A stretch of 63,988 nucleotides of DNA, counting the filler, from Reclinomonas americana ATCC 50394 (lineage: Eukaryota), in assembly GCA_048213135.1 (NCBI GenBank). It is 11 parts of 11 records of this genome, joined end to end, with 100 filler letters (N's around TTAATTAATTAA, not from the genome) between each part and the next. Parts side by side here need not be neighbours in the genome. Positions count along the whole stretch, not along the records: positions 1 to 2,658 come from AFZH01019436.1; positions 2,759 to 4,552 come from AFZH01019438.1; positions 4,653 to 20,910 come from AFZH01019439.1; 8 more parts are not named here. The stretch is one strand, 5' to 3'. The stretch's first letter is position 1. The number at the start of each line of letters is the position of its first letter. Under the pieces are notes generated by a model. That model ran no database searches. It was not told the origin of the DNA and saw only the letters and a program-made list of their open reading frames with translations. The position numbers and the translations under genes are program-made. Shown one piece after another: positions 1 to 14,600 of this stretch.

Positions 1-2020
1 TGAATCCTCCAGTTCGCGCATCTCCATGGCCGCCAGACGCAGTGCGTCTTCGGTGCGCTCGCGCAACAGCAGCACCGCCTCTTCCTCGGTGGGGAACGGC
101 GCGAGCTTGAAGCCGAGCAACATCTCCACACGCTGCAGCAGCTCCACATCGTACTGCGTCACAAAGGAGATGGCGCGACCGCTCTTGCCGGCACGGGCAG
201 TGCGACCCACGCGATGAATGTAGGCCTTGGCGTTGGTCGGCAGGTCAAAGTTGACCACCAGGTCGACGGCGGGGATGTCCAGGCCACTGCCAAGGGGTAA
301 AGGGGGAAGGGAAGGGATGGGGAAGGGGGAGAGGTGAGGAAACGGGAAGGGATGGGAAGTGTGATGAAGGGAAGAGATGGGAGGGGGGTAAAGGGAGAAA
401 GGATGAGAGGGTGAAAAATGGGGAAGATGGAATGCTGAAGAAGGGGAACGGATGAGTGGGTGATGGAAGGGAACGGGATGGAGAGGCGATACAGAAGGAA
501 GAGGAGTGGGAAGGGATGACAGAGGAATGTGAGTGGGAAACGAGAGAAAGCGATACCAACTTGGGAGAGGAAACGAGGGGAAACATACAGAGTCATGCAT
601 GGAGTGGCACAGGCTGTACGAAGAAGAGAACGATGATTCTTAGAAGAGGCGAACAGAAGCAACAAGGAGGATGACAGAGAGGCTGGATGCTTCGGAGGAC
701 GAGAGACACGCACGATGATGAACAAAGAGGCGAAATGAAGAACTGCCACGTAATTAAGACGAAGTGTGCCAGGGGCACGAAATAGTCGCGATAATTCGGG
801 GGAGCGAAGAGACTTCGGATGACACACGCAAGGCAAAAGCAAAAGAAGTATAAAAGGAGAACGACAGGGAGTATAGTAAGAAGAGTAACGTCGAAACGAA
901 AGCATACGACAAGAAACAAATAGGTGAATGATGCATGCACGCGAAAGAACGAACATGTGCAAGGATGATCACATTACAACGCCTTCTTCCGTCACCAACC
1001 ACCACACTCACCGCGCAGCAACATCAGTGGCCAGCAAGATATTTCGTTGGCGTGCCTTGAACTTGTTCAGCGCACCGAGGCGCTTCGGTTGTGACATTTG
1101 GCCGTGCAGCGGAATAGCACCCATTCCCAGCGCCCTGCAATCACAGCGACGAGTGAGATTGACAGCAGCACCGTTTTTGTGTATGAATAACGCAACCGCA
1201 GTGCAATGGCCAGTCGTTGTGCGGTGGCGCACGTGGACGTGAACACAATGACCGTGTTGCCGGCAAACTCCGTGAGCAGGTAGACGAGGTAGCAGGTCTT
1301 GTGGGCCTCGGGCATCAAAATGTAGTTCTGAATCAGTGTGTCGACCTGTGCGCTCACGAAGATCAGTGTGTGGTGTGCATCGAAAAGAGGGAAAACAATG
1401 AACGCACCGTCGCGTACTTGCTCGAGGACACTTGCAGCTTGACGGGATCGGACAGGGAGGCCTTTTGCAGCTTGGCCACCTTCGAGGTCATGGTGGCCGA
1501 GAAGAGGTACGTTCGTCGATCGCGCGGGATCACTTGCAGCAGCTTGTTAAGTTCGACCTCGAAATCCAAGCCCAGCATCTTGTCGGCCTCGTCGAGAACC
1601 AAGTACTTCAAGTTCTTCAAATGGAAGCCCTTGGTGTTCTCCAAGTGGTCAATGAGACGACCCGGGGTCGCAATCACAATGTGCGGCTTCTTGGCCAGCG
1701 CCAGCGCCTGCTGTGTCGAGTCCACACCACCGACAATCACACACGACTTGACGCGAATGTCGGTGCCGAGGGCGACCACCTGATCGTTGATCTGGTACGC
1801 CAGTTCGCTGTGCACAACGGGGCAGCGATGAGGGGTGGTAGAGAAAGGGGGAGGAGAGCGTGTGTGCGAGGGGATGGGGAGGCGAACCGCGTGGGTGCGA
1901 GAATGACGGCGAAATAGGCGGGGGCGACGCCCGGTTGGTCGAGCAGTGCTTGCAGGATTGGCAGCACAAAGGCTGCTGTCTTGCCGCTGCCGGTTTTCGC
2001 CAGGCCGATGATGTCGCGGC
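1..2020 (-). CDS. DDX47: DEAD-box RNA helicase DDX47/RRP3 (partial at both ends; at least 5 exons)
   Basis: Spliced translation gives [96 protein letters not shown] and [12 protein letters not shown]...FVTQYDVE. Exons ~2020-1888, 1808-1408, 1346-1197, 1134-1012, 286-1. Confidence 0.93.
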
Positions 2021-2975
2021 CTGGAGGCGGGAAGAGGGTGAGAGGGGAAGGAGGGAGAAGGGATTGAGAAGGGGAGAAGGGAAGGGCAGAGAGAGTTTCA
2101 GGGGGCCTGAGAGAACAGGACAGTGAGAGAAAGAGGGATGGGCGAGGAGGGAGGGAGGAAGAAGAATGACGACGACGGAAAGGAAGGGAAGCAGAGAGAG
2201 ACTGAGAGAGAAGAAGAAAAAGAAGAGAAAGACAGTGACAGTGAAGGAGAGAGGCAGACGGGAACAGAGGGCAAAGAAGAGAAAGACACGCAGAGAGGGT
2301 GATAGCGACTGGGATAAGAGAGCCAGAGAGCTGTCTCCGTCGCTCTATTTATCTGCCTGGCTGTGGCTCTGCCCCCTTCTGTTTCACTGTCTTTTCTCTC
2401 CAGTTTAGTCGCCGCTGGTTCTCTCCCATTCTTTCACGAACAGTGTGCAGAATAACCAACGCACATGACTGTTCCTGCCGTCCTTCTCTCTCCCCTCACC
2501 ACGTCTGCCCTCTTGCCTACCTTCTTGGCAGTCTATGAGCCTGCCTCTTCGTAACCTGCCGCTTCTCAATCTCCCTTAATCAGCGCTCGTTCTCGCTTTC
2601 TCATCTGTTCTTGCAAGGAGACAGGTCGAAATCTGCAGAACAGGTGTCTACTGCAACGNNNNNNNNNNNNNNNNNNNNNNNNNNNNNNNNNNNNNNNNNN
2701 NNTTAATTAATTAANNNNNNNNNNNNNNNNNNNNNNNNNNNNNNNNNNNNNNNNNNNNAGAGAGAGAGAGACTGCGAGAGGAGCGTTCTCAGTTGCTGTT
2801 CCTCATGCTCTGAGAGAGAGAGAGAGATCAGCCCCTTTTCATCCTCAGAGTGATGTTGTCTGCCTGTCTCGCCCACTCCCTCTCTTCCTCCTCACCCTCC
2901 TGCCCTCTCCTTTCCTCCTTGTGCCTCACCCTCATCCTCTTCCTCCCTCCCTTCCTCCCTCTCTTCTTCTCCCAG

Positions 2976-3708
2976 GTCAACACCCGCGACGAGGGCGGCT
3001 ACACCCCGCTCATCTCCGCTGCCAGCGCCGGCCACGACAAGGTCGTGGTGAAGCTGCTCGAACTGGAGGCCCTGATCAACGAGATGGTATCCTTCACGAA
3101 CTCTTTCCTTTCTTGTCCTCTCGCCTCTCTCACTCGATGCCGCTCCGCAGACCGAGGAACGACGGACGGCGCTGTTCTATGCCGCCTCGCGTGCGCACGT
3201 CAAGGTCGTCGAGATCCTGCTCGCCAATGGCGCAAACCCGAACATTGCTGTTGCGTTTTCGACGATATCTTCCATTGTGCCATCATCGCCGTGCTCATTG
3301 GCGCTTTTATTACTTGGCAGGATACGCGGCAAGAGTACCCTCTGCATCGCGCCTGCGTCAACAAGGACGATCCACTGATCGCCTCCATGCTGGTCGAACG
3401 CAACGCCCTGCTCGACGTGGTCAACGCCGAAGGCAACACGCCGCTGCATTTGGCGGCGACCGAAGGCCTTTTGCATGTTTCGTTGGTTCCCCTCACTCAC
3501 TCTCTTACTAATTTCTCTCGCTGACGCCGGGAGAGATGCACACACACAGGTGGTGACGTTCTTGCTGGAGAGCGGAGCGCGCACGGACATTGAGAACAAG
3601 GAGAAATTGAAGCCGTCCGACGTCGCCGCCAACTCGGCCGTCCGCGCTGTGCTGCTCGAGGAGGCTGGCGAGCTCGATGGCGATGATGACGAAGAGGAGC
3701 GAGAATGA
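2976..3708 (+). CDS. PSMD10: Gankyrin/PSMD10 (Nas6)-like ankyrin-repeat proteasome chaperone (5' partial, 4 exons visible)
   Basis: VNTRDEGGYTPLISAASAG...ALFYAASR...ANPNIA|DTRQEYPLHRA...NAEGNTPLHLA...GARTDIENKEKLKP aligns repeat-by-repeat with gankyrin from memory. GT-AG introns start at ~3087, 3250 and 3477. Confidence 0.7.
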
Positions 3709-3982
3709 TTACTGCGCCTCCACGTCGAGCAATGTAGAGACAGGTCAGCTGATTGATGATCGTTTTTGTTTGTTTACCCAGAGTGTCAAGTCAGCAAAGC
3801 GAGCGACTGGCGAGAGAGGAAGGGGCGGAGCAAGGCATGCACACACACACTACATGCGTCCACCGCCTGCTACCTCCCAGCCCACCCTCACCGCATCACC
3901 GCCGTGCCCAACCATCCACTGCCTCGCAGACATCCTCCCACCACAACGCACGAATTCGCCCAACACCACAGAGAGAGAGTGC

Positions 3983-4537
3983 TTAAATCAGGCCAATCTT
4001 GCTGGCAGTGTCGAGGGCATCGTGGTCGGGCTTCAGCCTGACGTACGCCTTCTTCTTGCCATCGGGGCTGTCGAAACACAAGAAATATAGTCAGCACCCT
4101 GCAGCACCAATCCTCCCTCTCCTGAATGAATGAACAAACGCACCGGACCAGGGTGTTGACCTTGGCGACCTCGACCGAGTACATCTTCTTCACAGCCTGC
4201 TTGATCTGGTTCTTGTTGGCTTGCAGGTCGACAATGAACGTCAACGTGTTGTGATCCTGCGATCCCATTCATGCGTAAGCCTGCAACCTGCCATTCTCTC
4301 TCGACATGTGCGCGGGAGACAGGTGTACCTCAATCTTCTTCATCGACGACTCAGAGGTGAGCGGGTGCTTGAGCACGCGGAACTGCAACAACGAAAAGAG
4401 TCAGCGACAATCAATCATGACACACCCTGCCGAGGGAAATCACTCACCTGGTCCATCTTGGGCAGGCGCGACACAGACTTGCGCACGACCTTCGGGTTGC
4501 GCGGCAGCTTCAGCGTCTTGGGTCGGAAGAAGTGCAC
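3983..4537 (-). CDS. RPL23A: 60S ribosomal protein uL23 (L23a/L25), 5' partial
   Basis: [16 protein letters not shown]...[44 protein letters not shown]...[18 protein letters not shown]...ASKIGLI-stop (TAA at 3983-3985). Confidence 0.95.
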
Positions 4538-5119
4538 CTGTGGGGGGGCGGANNNNNNNNNNNNNNNNNNNNNNNNNNNNNNNNNNNNNNNNNNNNTTAA
4601 TTAATTAANNNNNNNNNNNNNNNNNNNNNNNNNNNNNNNNNNNNNNNNNNNNGCACACGCACACGCAAGAGACATGGGAGGCACGCATACACACACAACA
4701 CAGGGCACAGACAGCGGCCACGGGGCTGTGGATCGCGCACGAACCTGCTGGGTTGAGTGAGTGATTGAGATTTCATCACTCCACTCCGATCAACAGGCGG
4801 AACGTCGGGGAAGGCGAGAGATCGGTGCCCGACGATCAACATATGAGCGCGTGAGTGGCGGCAGTAGTTACTCATGTGCACGGCTTCGGAAGTGAAATGG
4901 GAAAGAAACGAGCGGGAAAGACGGTGCATACAATTTTTCCGACGTCGACGTCGATAGCGACGCAATGAAGATGCACGCACAAAGCTGCTACGGTGGTGGT
5001 GGTGCCACAAGTGCAGCTGCATGGAGACGAGGAGAGCGGTGCGTTGAACTGCGAAGACACGGCGGACACTCGGCTTGTCCCGCATCGCAAAATCACACTT
5101 ACTCGTCGCGTGGAAGCCA

Positions 5120-8100
5120 ATGCTGAGCAGCCAGCAAGACGACTACTGGCTCGACGACACCGATTCGTCGTCGCACCTGCCACGCGCAGGACGCACAACT
5201 TCCACAGCAGCAGCTGCATCTGCTGCAGCAGCCGCAGGACCCGCCCTCGCTGCAGCACCTGTCGGCCTTGGTGCCGGTGGCTTCATCGACGACGATGACG
5301 ACTACGAGCACGCGGAAATGGCGCCTTCCTCTGCCGCCGCTCGTCAAAGTCACTTGCACCACCACCCGGCCATGTTGACACAGCAGTTCACGCAAGAGTT
5401 TCTCAGTGGAGTTGGAGCTGGTGGCGGGACAGCGCCTACACAGCCCGATGGCGGTGGTCAGTGAGAGAGCGCCTTGTCTCTTTTGTGTGTTGTCGGCGAC
5501 CAAAGTGTGTGCTGACATGGGTTGGCCATGTCGTGCAGTGGGTCACTGGCACGATCCGATGCACGGAGCGGCGTCGTTGATGTTGTCGGCGGGAGCGGTT
5601 GGGGCGTCGCAGCCGGTTGGGTCGATGTCGACTGCGGGTGTGTTTGAGGAGTCGGCGGCGGCTGCTGGTGGAGCTGGAGTGGCGTCTGCGTCTGCGGATG
5701 GGGTTGATGGACAGGGAGGGGAGGAGGTGGAGGCGTTGCCGGAGCATGCGTGCGCGTGAGTAGATTGGACGGGCGAGGGAAGGGAGGGATGTGTGAGGGA
5801 AGAGTGAGATCATTTCCAGCTTCTCAATTGTCAGCTTCCCTCTTCGTCTCGTTCTCTTCGTTTCCTTGTCTCGCTGTCCAATGTGCTCTCGCACACCTCC
5901 TTCTTTCTCTTCTTGCGTGACGTTCATTCTCATTGTTCTGTCTCTCTGGCTGTCTGTCTTTCTCCTCCCCGTTGTTGTTCGTTGTTCTCCTTTCCTTCTG
6001 CCCCGTGTCGCTGTCCAGTGTGCTTTGACGTCCATTCTCATTGTTCTGTCTCTCTGGCGATCTGTCTCCTTCCTCTCCCTGTGGTCTCCGTCGTCTTCTT
6101 CTTCTTGTTGTTCACTCTCGTTTCCTCTTTCTCCATCTCGCCGTCCTCCTCCACCGCCACCACCAACACCACCACCCCTTTCTCCCTTCGATCAGCGTTC
6201 TCATTCTCTTCCTTCTTCGCCCTCCCTTGTCTTCCTTGTTTTCCTGTCTTCTCTTCCTTCTCTTCCCTCCACCTTCCCCTTCCCCGTCGCCTTCTTCCTC
6301 ACCTCTCCTCTCTTCCTCCCCCTTCCCAGCTACTGCGGCATCTCCTCGGCCACCTCTGTCGTCAAATGCGTCAAGACCGGCAAGTGGTTCTGCAACTCCC
6401 GCGGCATCACGTCGGCCTCGCACATTGTGCACCACTTGGTGCGCTCCAAGTCGCGCGAGGTCGCCCTCCACCCCAATTCGCTGCTCGGCGAGACACAGCT
6501 GGAGTGCTACAATTGCGGATGCCGCAATGTGTTCCTGCTGGGCTTCATTCCGGCCTCGCAGGAGAACGTGGTTATGCTGCTGTGTCGCGAGCCGTGCCTG
6601 CAGCAGGGGTCGACGCTGAAGGAGTTGGAGTGGGATCCGAATCTGTGGCAGCCGCTCATTGTGGATCGCTCGTTTTTGCCGTGGGTGGTGACGGTGCCGG
6701 ACGATGAGGAGGTGGCGCGGTCGCACCAGATCACCACGCAGCAGATTGTGCGATTGGAGGTTGGTGTATTCACCGGAAGGAGGGCAATGAGAGGGAGTCA
6801 GTGCTGATCGTACATGCTTTGCAGGAATTGTGGAAGGAGAACGATGCGGCCGCCCTCGACGACATTGACAAGCCGGGAGCCGATGACCAGCCGACGCCGG
6901 TGCCGTACGTGTACGAGAATGCGGCGCAGTATTTGGAAGTGTTTGCGCCGCTGATTCGTTTGGAGGCCGAGTACGACAAGCGACTGAAGGAGGCGCAGGT
7001 TTGTAGGGAAAGGGAGGGAGGGAGTAGAGTTGGTGGGGGAGAGAGAGAGAGATGGTGAGGAGAAGGGTGTAGAAGTGAGTTGCAGTGGTGATGAAGGAGT
7101 GAGAGTGCGAGTGGAGTGGATGTTTGCTAGAATGTCCGCTGCGATGTGAGCAAAGATGGCGCATCTGTGGGTGCATGCGAACATGTCCGCGTGGATGTCA
7201 GCAGCAGTGTACACTGGCGAAGATGCAGCGGCATCTTGGTGAGTGTGCTTTGATGGAGAGGTGTCAAGGAGTATCACCGAGAAGAAGTGAGAGAGAGGAG
7301 GGGGGAGAGAGAGAGAGTCTGGGCGACGCACGCAGGTACGCACACGCATTCTTACAAACAACAGTGGGGAAATGGGAGGGAGGAAAGGGAGCATGTGTGT
7401 TTGGTGTGACTTACCAGTTTTGTCGGACAGACGCGGCGCAACATTTCTGTACACTGGGACATGGGTCTCAACAAGAAGATGGTGGCCTACTTTGTGTTTC
7501 CGAAGGAGGAGAACGGTACGTGCCGCTGTCATCTTCGTCCCCTTGTCACGGCATTCGTCTGCGCACTGGTCATTACTGTTTGGCATTGTTTTTCTTCTGT
7601 GTCTCGTTCTGTGTCGCGTCATGTCTGGCTTGTTGGCTGTCGCTTGCCCTTCCGTCTTCCCCCAAATCTCTTCACCTTCTGTCTCCCCCAAATCTCTACC
7701 CATTCTCTTTTCCCCTCTTCCATCATCGCTCCCTTCCCCCCCTTCTCCCTCTCCCTCGCCCTTCCCCCTCTCCCTTCCCCTTCGACCCCTTCCCCCCTGT
7801 TCCTCTCCCGACGCGTGTGTAGCTGGGTGCATGTGCCGAGGACTCTTGCCATGCACCTGTAAACCCGCACGCAGAGCAAAAGTTTGATTTGTTTCATTCC
7901 TCCTTCTCCAACCTCCACCGCCTACTCACCCCTGCACCGGCTCGCGGGGAGGGTGGTGTTGTGGTTGGGGTCGGAGAGAGCGATAATTTAACCAGGCGTC
8001 CCCGAGGTTGTCGTGGGATGCTCTTGGAAAGGCGTCGTCTCACATTTTCTTTCCACCGACTTTCCTCTCTCTTTCGCCTCCCTCTCCCTCTCCCTCTCCC

Positions 8101-11100
8101 TCTTTCCCTCCACTTTGTCTGACATTTGGCATCGCCTTCTGTTCGCGCAGAGTTGCACTTGGTGCCTGGCGACGAGTTGCAGCTCAAGTACCCCGGCGAC
8201 CCCAGCCACCCTGCGTGGGAGTGCATGGGACACTTGGTGCGCCTGACGGCCAACGAGGAGGTGGCGGTGGAGATGCGCAGCAACCACGGTATTCCGACGG
8301 ATGTGTCGCACGGCTACAGTGTGGATTTCGTGTGGAAGAGCACCTCGTTCGATCGCATGGAGGCGGCGCTGAACAAGCTGTGGCAAGACGACTTGTCGGT
8401 CAGCGGCTACATCTACTACAAGCTGCTGGGCCACGAGGTGGAGGAGCAGACGCTCAAGGTTGGTGGTGGAGAGTAGGGGCGGAGATACATGATTGAGTGT
8501 GAGACACTGACAATCTCCGTGCAGGTCACGTTGCCGCGTCGCTTCTCGGTCCCCGGTCTGCCGGAGCTCAACCACTCGCAAGTGTCGGCCGTCAAGAGCG
8601 TGCTGCAGCGACCTCTGTCGCTCATCCAGGGTCCACCGGGTACCGGCAAGACCGTCACGTCGGCCTCGATTGTCTTCCATCTCGCGCAGCAAGGCCAGGT
8701 GCTGGTGGCGGCGCCCAGCAATGTGGCCGTCGACCAGCTCACCGAAAAGATCGATGCCACCGGCTTGAAGGTATGTGTGTTTTTTTGAGGCATCACATTC
8801 TCTCAAGTCCTTATTCCCCCATCTCACATCCACTCACCTCGTGCAGGTGGTTCGTGTGGCCGCCAAATCGCGTGAGGCCATCTCCACTTCGGTGGACCAC
8901 TTGACCCTCCATCAGCAAGTGCGACAAGTGGCTCTCTCGTCGCCGCAGCGCACCGAGTTGCAGAAGCTGTTCCTGTTGAAGGAGGAGCAGGGCGAGCTGT
9001 CGATGCAAGACGAGAAGCGCTTCAAGACGCTCAAGTTTGCCGTCGAGCGCGATTTGCTGCAGAATGCCGATGTGGTGTGCTGCACGTGCGTTGGCGCTGG
9101 CGATCACCGCCTCACCAGCATGCGCTTCAAGTACGTGCTGATTGACGAGTGCACGCAAGCGTCGGAGCCCGAGTGCCTCATTCCGATTATCAAGGGTGCC
9201 AAGCAGGTATGAGAGATAGGGAAGGGAGGAGGGAAAAAGATTGAGAGAGAGAGAGAGAGAAAGTGTTTTTGTGTGCAAGGCAAACCGAGTCCGCAGTCTG
9301 CAGACTCTTTCTCTGTCTCCACGTTTTGTTGTTTGCAGCTGTGCTCCCACTGTGCGACATTACCTGTGATTCACCGTGCTTTCTCTCTCTCTCCTTCTGC
9401 CTTACTCGTCGCACAATGCTTCGATCTTCAGGGTTGTTGTTCTCTTGTTCTTTCTCCCTTACTGTTGCTCTTTTTTCTTTGTTCGCTGTTTCTGTTCTTC
9501 TCTTTCCGTCCTCCCTGTGTGAATGTGCGTTTGTGTGTTGCTGTATGCTGTCGCTCTCTTTCTCATTTTCTCTTCTGATTCTCGTACTCTACTTCTCCAT
9601 CTTTCTCTCTCGTTTTCTACCTCAACTTCTGACTTTCACGCTCTCTTCCTCCCCCCTTTCCCTCCCCCTCTCCCTCTCCCCTTTCCCCTTCTCCCTTACC
9701 CTCTCCCTCGCCCCTCCCCCTTTCCCCCTTTCCCCCTTTCCCCCTTTCCCCTTCGAGTACTCACCCCGCCCGCAGGTTGTGATGGTCGGCGACCACTGCC
9801 AGCTCGGCCCGGTGATCATGTGCAAGAAGGCCGCCAAAGCCGGCCTCACGCGCTCCCTGTTCGAGCGACTGATTGTGCTCGGCTTGCGCCCGATCCGCCT
9901 GCAAGTGCAGTACCGCATGCACCCCTGCCTCTCCGAGTTCCCCTCCAACACGTTCTACGAGGGCACACTGCAGAATGGTGTCACCACCTCGGAGCGCTTG
10001 CAGGAGCACATTGACTTCCCGTGGCCGATTCCGGAGAAGCCTGTTGCGCTTTTTGCCTTTACAATTCTTCATTGTACCTTTGTTTGTCTCACTCTGTTCT
10101 CTCCTCCTTCACACAGATGTTCTTCTACCACTGCACTGGGCAGGAGGAGATCTCCGGCTCCGGCACCTCGTTCCTGAACCGCACCGAGGCCACGAACGTC
10201 GAGAAGATTGTCACGTACCTGCTGCGCGTGGGTGTCACGCCGCCGCACATTGGCATTATTACGCCGTACGAGGGGCAGCGTGCGCATCTGGTGTCGTACA
10301 TGCAGCGCGCGGGCGCGCTGCGCACGCAGCTCTACAAGGAGATTGAGGTGGCGAGCGTGGACTCGTTCCAGGGCCGCGAGAAGGACTACATTATCCTGTC
10401 GTGTGTGCGCTCGAACGAGCGGCAGGGCATTGGATTCCTCAACGATCCGCGCCGTCTGAATGTGGCGCTGACTCGCGCGCGCTGCGGTCTCATTATTGTC
10501 GGCAACGCTCGTGTGCTCTCCAAGCAGCCGCTGTGGAACAATCTGCTGGTGCACTTCAAGAGTCACAATGTGCTGGTGGAGGGACCGTTGAACAACCTCA
10601 AGCAAAGCGCCGTCCAGTTCCAACGCCCCAAGAAGCTGTATCACGGTATGTGTGTTTGCGCGACTCTTATATAATGGTTTCTTTCTTTGTCTTGTGCTCA
10701 TGCGTGACATGCAGAGCGCAATCAGCTGGCACCGTACACACTGCCAAACATGGCCAGCATGTCGATTGGCGGCGTCGCGCTGGGCGCGCCGGGACCGGGT
10801 GGTGTGCCGCGGCCCATTGATCGCTACGGCGCCTTTATTCCCATGCCGCCGCCGCTGCCAGGTGAGGCGTGCGAGAAATGGGGGGAAGAAAGAATGCCCT
10901 ATTGTTTACCTTTGCATCAAATGTCGCAGCTGCGGCCGTGTCGCGCATTCCAGGTGCCGGCTCCAGCAGCACTGCGCCGTACATTGATCCGCTGTTGGGC
11001 ACTGCTGCCGGTTTCGCTGGCTCAGCTCTGCACAGCCAGCAGTCGCAGCAGAGCATGGCGTCGAGTGTGCTGTCGGTGCCCGAGATGCCGTACTACTCGC

Positions 11101-11350
11101 GCGGTGGCGGTGCGGGTGGTGGTGTCGGTGCGTCGTCCAGCGGTGCCACACCGGGTGGGTCGTCGACCAGAGGTGGTCCCCGCGGCGGTGGCGGTGCTGG
11201 CGGTAGTGGTGGCGGTCCGTCAGCTGCCGCGTACAGCGAGACACCTGACGCCAGTCAAGATGGTGAGGATGCGAGATTGTGACGGGGAGGCAAACGTGTT
11301 TTCTCATTTGGTATCGCACACACGCAGGTCCCATTAGCCAGGCTCTGTGA
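5120..11350 (+). CDS. UPF1: Regulator of nonsense transcripts 1 (UPF1), multi-exon
   Basis: CH domain LPEHAC|YCGI...KWFCNSRG...[18 protein letters not shown]; helicase motifs [66 protein letters not shown]-rich tail ending DGPISQAL-TGA at 11350. Confidence 0.97.
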
Positions 11351-11666
11351 GCACAGCGGTTTCGCCATGACGTGAGCGGCCTCACCGCAGTATGTTGCCA
11401 CGGGACAGACATGCGTCTGCCCGACGAACGGCTCGTGTGAGTGTGATGACGTGCTGTGTCCACTGTGCGCATTCCGTGCACTCGGCGCGCTCGTTCTTGA
11501 GTGGGCGCACGGCGACGTGTCCCTCTCTCATCACTGATCTCGACGGGGTGATTTGTAAGCGACATCCAGTGAAGGGTGTTGAGTACTTGTCTCATTTCGA
11601 GTGACGGCTTTCTGGTCTCGTTCATTGCATGTGTGCGCATTGTTGTTATGGTGGAGGAGGCGCTTG

Positions 11667-14600
11667 TCACGCGTCGTCGAGGAACTGCTGACGGAGATTG
11701 AGCAAGTAGCCGCGCAGGCCATCGTCGTTGAGTGTGGACGAGCGCAAGGCCAGCAGGCGCGAGGCGAGCTCCTGTTCCGCTCGCGACTGTTGTGCGGCAC
11801 TGGCACCGCTGCCCGTGGCCGCCGAAGCGCCGCCCTGCGCACTCTCCAACAGCACCACCAGCTCACGCGCGTCGGCCACGATCGTCTCGTCCAACCCTTG
11901 CGCGGCCGTCGGTGAGCCACGATCGAAAGAGTATGCGTCATTACGGGGAAACACTCACCCAACATGTCGGCCAGCACAATGCCGTAGTGCTGCTCTTGTG
12001 CGCGGCCAGTGGTCAACGTGTGCGAGAATTGCAGGCGATTTCCCGCACCGCCCTGGCCGACCGCCACTTCCACCGCCAGCCGGTGATTGACGGCGCTCGG
12101 ATACACATTCTCGAGTTGCGTCAGCTGCTGATAGTGTGTGGCGAAGAGCGTCATGGCTCCAAGACCGAGAAAGTGTTCACACAGGCTCCAGGCGATCCCA
12201 ATGCCTGTGCGCAGTGAGACAAGAGAGCAACAATGATAGGAGGAGGCACAGCAGGTCATACTCACCGTCTGCATTCGAGGAACCGCGACCGAGTTCGTCG
12301 ACCAAGATCAGGCTGCGTGCGGTGGCATTTTGCACGATGAACGCCGCCTCTTTCATCTCCACCTGGTACGGCGACAGAGTGAGTTGGCGAACAGACTCTG
12401 CGTCAGTGATATGTGTCGACGCTGACCATGAACGAGCTCGAGTTGGTCTCCAAGTCGTCGTCGGCACCGACTCTCGTAAAGATGCGGTCGACGGCACCGA
12501 AGCTGGCGAATGTGGCGGGCACGAAGCAGCCGATGTGTGCCAAGATGGTGATGAGGGCCACTTGTCGCAGGTACGTTGACTTGCCGGCCATGTTGGGGCC
12601 GGTGATGATTTGCAGCGTGCACGAGTCGGAGATGAAGGTGTCGTTGGGAACCACTGGCGATGACGAGATCTTCTCCAGCACTGCGCAGGTGGGTGAGTGT
12701 GGATCATGGATTGCTATTGGCGAGAGAGATGGTCGCAGACCTGGATGACGACCGCCCTTGATGGCCAGTGGACCGCCGTCGGTGAACTCGGGTCGGACGT
12801 AGGTCTCGCTCAGCGACACATGTTCGGCATGTGACAACAGCATGTCGACAAGGGCAATGCTCTCCGAGATCAGGTACATGGCGTACAGGTGCGGTCGCAC
12901 GTCGACAACCAGTGACTCGAGCACCTGCGTTGGTTTTGTAAGAGATTGTTGACTCTTGTCAAGAGTTATCCACACAGCCAGCAGACCTCGGCGGTGCGGA
13001 GAAAGATCTCCGACTGCACGTCGCGGAGGCGGTCGTTGAGGGAGACGAGCTCCAGCGTGGAGAAGTGCAGCTTCTTGCTCTGTTGCGAGCGCTGCACGAA
13101 GATGTCACGGTGCAGCTCGTTGACGGCACGGCGGCAGTCATCCGTGGCGGGCAGCGTCAAGAAATACCCACGCGAAACCTGATATTGGAGGGAGATGGCC
13201 GGCAGCAGCAACTCGTCGCGGTACTGTTGCAGCAGCTCGTGAATGTCCTCGGTGGTCTCTGCGTATCGACGGCGGGCCAGATCGAGCAGGTTCTTGATGC
13301 CAGGGCGGATGGCGTACATTTGCTGGGCTTGCACATGCAGCACTGCAGTTGTGTGGATGAGGAGGGATACAGTGGGGAGCGACGACGGGATGGAGAAGAA
13401 CGCAACCTCCGCCACCGCGTTGCCGACTGGTCATCGGTCCGAGTCCCGAATCGGGATCGATGGTGTCCTCGATGCGGCGGAGCAAGTCGTCGACTGCCGA
13501 TGCGCAGAGACGCTCGAGACAGATGCGCAAGATTGGGTCGCTGACATTGTGGCCTGTGCGGTGAGAGAGAAGAACGGTGAGTGGAGGGGAAGAGAGAACG
13601 AGATGGTGACAGAGAGCAGACCGGCCAGAACCGAACGCATGCGAATGCATTGCTGGAGCGCGGTTTTGAGAAACAGGATGTTGTTGATGCGCAGCTGTGC
13701 AACGCGCGTGTTGAACTGGTTCGAGTCGCCGGCACGACCACCTCCTCCTCCAGAGCCGCTGGCCGAGGAGGCGCCGGCGTGGCTGACGGCCGTGTCGGGA
13801 CTTCGCGGAATCTGCACAAACTGGGCGAGCAGGTGGTCCACGTCGGTGAAGTGGCGCAACACGGCACCGAGTTCGAAGAACAGCTGCTCGCTATGCAGCA
13901 GTGTGTCGACACACGCCAGTCGAGTTTCCAAGGTGGCCCTGCAACTCATGTCAGTACTGGCTTGGATTGGCACATTGCATCTGCCACGTGCAATACCGAT
14001 CGTTGGTCGGCTGCAGAATGCACGTTCGCAGCAGTCGGGCACCCATTGGCGTGCGAGTGTGGTTGATGGTGGACATGAGAGTACCGACGGCGTCGGTGGT
14101 GGCACCGGTTCGGTTGTTGCGCAGCAGTTCGAGGTTGGCGGCCGTCGAAGCGTCGACCAGCAGCTGCGATTCGTACCCGAGACTCACCACCTGCCGCAAC
14201 TGAGTAGCAGCAGGGGAGGTTGGGGTGGTAAACGCAGCACAGACCTTGAGCGAGTCCGGGGCGAAGCTAATGTTCTGCAAGTACTCGACAAACTTGAGCA
14301 GGGCTCCACTGGCGGACATGGCCAGGTACCTGCAGTGCACATATGTGAAGGGGTTGGTTGGTATGCGACTCTGTGAATCGTTACTCACTTGATGGAAAAG
14401 TCGATCTCGAAGCTGCTCTTGCGCTCGGCCACGAGGAAGCGCTGCACGAGTTGTGCACCCTGCGTGTCGTTGAAGTACTTGCGCGCCACAATGGAGAGGT
14501 TGGCGGCGGAGAACTCGGATCGCAGGAGGTCGGCCAGCGGTGACTCGGCCATGGTGTTCGGCAGCACCAACTGGCAATTGGGGATGGGGGAAGAGAGAGG

